Assembly (NCBI GenBank): GCA_038064195.1
Contig: JBBTTO010000002.1
Span: 539,722 to 603,721 of the forward strand
From: Patescibacteria group bacterium
GTDB lineage: Bacteria; Patescibacteriota; Microgenomatia; Levybacterales; UBA12049
Direction: 5' to 3'
Length of the DNA stretch: 64,000 nucleotides
Within the stretch, counting starts at the first letter, position 1. Every line of letters starts with the position of its first letter. Below, in pieces: positions 60,742 through 64,000 of the stretch. The notes beneath the pieces are model-generated. The model saw only the letters and a list, made by a program, of their open reading frames with translations, did no database searches and was not told the DNA's origin. Both the position numbers and the translations under genes were made by a program.

Positions 60742-61501
60742 CGCGGTAGTACTCGTAAAAAATCAGGAAGGTCAGCTTAAAGATTGTCTGGACTCATTAA
60801 AATGGTGTGATGAAATTGTGGTGATCGATGATGATTCCACTGATTACTCTGTTGAAGTCGCTAAAAATATGGGGGCTAAAGTATACACACGTTCTCTTCG
60901 AGGCAATTTTTCACAGCAACGCAACTACGCTCTGGAGAAAGTAAAAAATGATTGGGTTCTTTTTGTCGATGCTGATGAGAGAGTGAGTCCGGAGCTTTCA
61001 GAGGAGATCTATCAGCAGACCTCACAGTTTCTGACCTCTGTTAACGGTTTTTTAATACCCAGAGTAGATTACTTATGGGGAAGACGATTGCGTTTTGGTG
61101 AGACTAAGTCCAGCAAATTTTTACGATTGGCGAGAAAGGATAAAGGAGAGTGGGTAGGACAAGTCCATGAACAGTGGAAAGTCATTGGTAATACCGCAAC
61201 CTTTAAGAACTCGCTAAGTCACTATCCGCATCAGACTATCAGAGAGTTTCTCTCAGAGATCAATTTCTACTCTACCTTACGAGCTCAAGAATTGCATTCC
61301 CAAAAGAAATCGGTAACCAAACTTGAAATCTTGTTATACCCATTAGGTAAGCTCTTCTATAATTATTTTCTAAGACTTGGTTTTCTTGACGGTGTGCCCG
61401 GATTACTCGTCTGTTTTATGATGAGTTTTCATTCTTTCTTAGTGAGAGGGAAGTTGTGGCAGTTAAATCAACGAAAAAAAGACTATGATTTCGGGAATTA
61501 A
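60734..61501 (+). CDS. GT2 (WaaE/KdtX-like) glycosyltransferase
   Basis: DDDSTD, FSQQRN, VDADE, VHE and GFLDG motifs. Confidence 0.9.
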   Translation: MISAVVLVKNQEGQLKDCLDSLKWCDEIVVIDDDSTDYSVEVAKNMGAKVYTRSLRGNFSQQRNYALEKVKNDWVLFVDADERVSPELSEEIYQQTSQFLTSVNGFLIPRVDYLWGRRLRFGETKSSKFLRLARKDKGEWVGQVHEQWKVIGNTATFKNSLSHYPHQTIREFLSEINFYSTLRAQELHSQKKSVTKLEILLYPLGKLFYNYFLRLGFLDGVPGLLVCFMMSFHSFLVRGKLWQLNQRKKDYDFGN

Positions 61502-62996
61502 ACGATTTAGCCTCAGGCATCCTCTTATTCTCCTGAGTACTTTTTTTCTTTTTTTAAGATTACCATACCTTACAAAACTCCCGATTTTTAACGATGAGGC
61601 TATTTACTTAGATTGGGGCTGGAGAGAAACGCATAATCCCGGTTTTCTTTTTTACTCATTATACGACGCTAAGCAGCCTTTAATTATGTGGGCTTTTGGT
61701 TTGTCACAAGAATTATTCTCCGACACTCTTTTGGCGGGAAGATTGGTATCGGTTCTGATCGGCCTACTGGGAGCTTTGGGATTATATAAGTTACTCAGCC
61801 AAACAATTAATAGACAATATGCATTAATCGGTTCTTTGATCTATAGTCTAATACCTATTTTTCTTTTCTTTGATAGACAGGCCCTTATGGAGAGTGCGAT
61901 GGTGACTGTAGTTTTTTGGGGATGTTTTTACACACTTGAAGTTATCGAAAATCAATCGTTCGGCTCATCTGCCATGCTGGGAGTCGTCTATGGGCTGGGA
62001 TTTTTTAGTAAATCAACTGCTTTATTATTCTTCCTAGTTTCTCTGCTTATTATTTTGTATAGCTTTGTTAAGGAACGCAAAACCGCGTTAACCATAAGAC
62101 ATCTATCCTTGATACTCCTGGTTTTTTTGGGAGTATGCTTGTTACTTCTTATCCAGCCTGAATTCTGGGCTACATTAGGGTCAAATAGTAGGTACACCCT
62201 CTCACTCAAAGAGCTAGTTAATCAGTCATCCTTATATTGGGTAGATAAGGCCAGCAAGAATACTCTTATTCTTTTCTTAAGTTTGACTCCAATAATAGTT
62301 CTGACTGGTATATTTGGGATATACAAGAGCTTAAAAGGTAAGGAGGATCTCCTTAAAAGGGTCGTATATATATTTGCTATTACGTTTTTTTTACAATTTC
62401 TCTTTTCACGCTTCGCTACTCCGCGTTACTTAGTTACCTTTATGGCACTATTTACCCCATTTATCATATTTGGCTACAAATCTTTGACTGAAAATCTCAA
62501 GCGTGTTTTTCTCATCTCGCTTATTATGCCAGTCACAATTTCATTATTATCCATTACTTATCCAATACAATATTTGAACCTTATTGGCTTTGGAGTTGAT
62601 GAGGGATACACGAGAGGGCAGACTTCAGGAATAGGTGTGAAAGAGGCAGGGTACTATGTTCAGTCTCTTACTAAAGGCAAAAGAGCATTCGTGGCAATGG
62701 CATTAAATGCAGGAAATCCGGAAAGCGGTATTATTGATTTTTTTCAAAAAGATGAACTTATTAAGACTGGATTTATGGATAGTCAGGGTTTAGGAGATTT
62801 AAGCTCAATTGAGTGTCTTAAAGCACCTATACCTCTGTATTATCTTACACGCAATGAAGAGATAGGGGAGTTTGCTCGGTATTTCAAGAAAATAAAAACT
62901 ATTCATCAACCCTCAGGGGGATACTCAATCGGCATTTATCAGCTAAATACGGAGTGTAAAGGTAAAAGTATTACACTAAAAACTATTAAAACATGA
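61485..62996 (+). CDS. GT-C (PMT-like) membrane glycosyltransferase
   Basis: IFNDEAIY, KQPL, DRQALMES and PRY motifs. Confidence 0.78.
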   Translation: MISGIKRFSLRHPLILLSTFFLFLRLPYLTKLPIFNDEAIYLDWGWRETHNPGFLFYSLYDAKQPLIMWAFGLSQELFSDTLLAGRLVSVLIGLLGALGLYKLLSQTINRQYALIGSLIYSLIPIFLFFDRQALMESAMVTVVFWGCFYTLEVIENQSFGSSAMLGVVYGLGFFSKSTALLFFLVSLLIILYSFVKERKTALTIRHLSLILLVFLGVCLLLLIQPEFWATLGSNSRYTLSLKELVNQSSLYWVDKASKNTLILFLSLTPIIVLTGIFGIYKSLKGKEDLLKRVVYIFAITFFLQFLFSRFATPRYLVTFMALFTPFIIFGYKSLTENLKRVFLISLIMPVTISLLSITYPIQYLNLIGFGVDEGYTRGQTSGIGVKEAGYYVQSLTKGKRAFVAMALNAGNPESGIIDFFQKDELIKTGFMDSQGLGDLSSIECLKAPIPLYYLTRNEEIGEFARYFKKIKTIHQPSGGYSIGIYQLNTECKGKSITLKTIKT

Positions 62997-63133
62997 AGAT
63001 CGTTCAGAAAAACAATAAGGACAAATACATGCCCCTTCTCTTCTTAGTATGGACTATAGCTATAATGTTTTTTTTTGTTTATCATTTACTTTGTAAAAAC
63101 AAATTCTGCTTATTAGGAGAGCTATTATGGTGA
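62993..63133 (+). CDS. 46-aa single-TM small protein (not in the ORF track)
   Basis: ATGA overlap with the upstream gene and overlap with the downstream start; hydrophobic LLFLVWTIAIMFFFVY. Confidence 0.45.
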   Translation: MKIVQKNNKDKYMPLLFLVWTIAIMFFFVYHLLCKNKFCLLGELLW

Positions 63134-63828
63134 ATTATAGAGGAGTCAAAACATTAGAAGTTCTTGAGGGAGCGAAGAATTATAATCGCTGGATCGCTTC
63201 CGAGATGAGCAAGTATATAACCGCTCCCGTTCTTGAGATAGGAGCTGGTTCTGGAAGCGTTTCTTCCTTAATTATCAAAAAACGTCCATATACTCTTTCA
63301 GATATTGATAGCGGATTAGTGAAGCTTTTAAATGAAAAGTTTAAAGGAAAGATCGGCATAGCAGTTAAAATACTTGATATTGAGAAAAAACCACCTTCTC
63401 ATTTGCAAAATACTTTCAAGTCTATAGTAGGAGTTAATGTCTTTGAACATATTCGCGATGATCGTAGGGCATTTATTCATGCGAACCAGCTTCTTAAAAA
63501 GAGAGGAAGACTGATTATGCTTGTTCCCGCCAAGCAATTTGCCTTTACCAAACTTGATCGGGAGCTAGGACATTTTAGGAGATATGAAAAAGCAGAACTT
63601 GAACAGAAACTTTTAGGTGCGGGATTTATCATTGATCATATATATTTTTTTAATCTCGTAGGTCTTATAAGTTGGCTTATTCGCGATCGTGTCGACAGAA
63701 GTCATATTCAGTTGAAACCGTATCAAATCAAACTTTTTGATAGCATAGTTCCTATACTTCGCTTTGTCGAAACTAAAATTCGTCCGGTCATAGGAATTTC
63801 TCTAATAGTAGTAGCTCGCAAAGTTTGA
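63127..63828 (+). CDS. Class I SAM-dependent methyltransferase
   Basis: VLEIGAGSG, NVFEHI and GHFRRY motifs. Confidence 0.9.
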   Translation: MVNYRGVKTLEVLEGAKNYNRWIASEMSKYITAPVLEIGAGSGSVSSLIIKKRPYTLSDIDSGLVKLLNEKFKGKIGIAVKILDIEKKPPSHLQNTFKSIVGVNVFEHIRDDRRAFIHANQLLKKRGRLIMLVPAKQFAFTKLDRELGHFRRYEKAELEQKLLGAGFIIDHIYFFNLVGLISWLIRDRVDRSHIQLKPYQIKLFDSIVPILRFVETKIRPVIGISLIVVARKV

Positions 63829-63829
63829 C

Positions 63830-64000
63830 ATGAAAAAAAATATTGTCGCTCATATAGTTGTTTTTCTCTTATTCTTTTTTTTAGCTGCTTTTATAACCTA
63901 CCCGCTTATTTTTCATCTGGGGGATCTTTCGACTGGTACGGGTGATGAGCTTCTTATTGCGTGGATAAATAAATGGATTATTCACGCGCTTACGTCCCAA
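63830..64000 (+). CDS. Membrane protein (GT-C-like), 3'-partial
   Basis: MKKNIVAH...TYPL...GDELLIAW; frame open to the window end. Confidence 0.65.
   Translation, partial: MKKNIVAHIVVFLLFFFLAAFITYPLIFHLGDLSTGTGDELLIAWINKWIIHALTSQ

Overview
Bacterial chromosome segment read with the standard code. Small operons, a reduced dcw cluster, many GT-C membrane glycosyltransferases and -10 boxes right next to start codons suggest a Patescibacteria/CPR (Microgenomates-like) genome; this is an inference. In order, the window holds: partial glmS and mraY-ftsW-murG-ftsQ-ftsA-ftsZ (1-7968); a small AT-rich insert bounded by a duplication of the ftsZ 3' end; hypothetical, GT-C, GH78 and beta-CASP genes; an Rhs toxin/immunity locus (18.9-26.7 kb); a CsoR-type copper operon; ileS-rodA-rplU-rpmA-parB and lepB; tRNA-Val(CAC); a defence-like island (38-42 kb); and a 22-kb surface-glycan cluster. 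Four things stand out. (1) Non-coding repeats whose core encodes the FtsZ tail IPAFLRQRN*, differing only by synonymous changes and sharing a ~110-bp upstream arm, bound integrase-less cargo at two loci 30 kb apart. (2) An Rhs toxin appears split into two separately secreted chains: a small core+toxin chain and a large shell chain ending in glycan-binding domains. (3) The intact tRNA-Val sits inside a second, hairpin-disrupted tRNA. (4) A DmpFG + ThDP-enzyme + CDP-sugar gene set predicts an erwiniose-like branched sugar. All family assignments come from motif recognition by eye; no searches were run.
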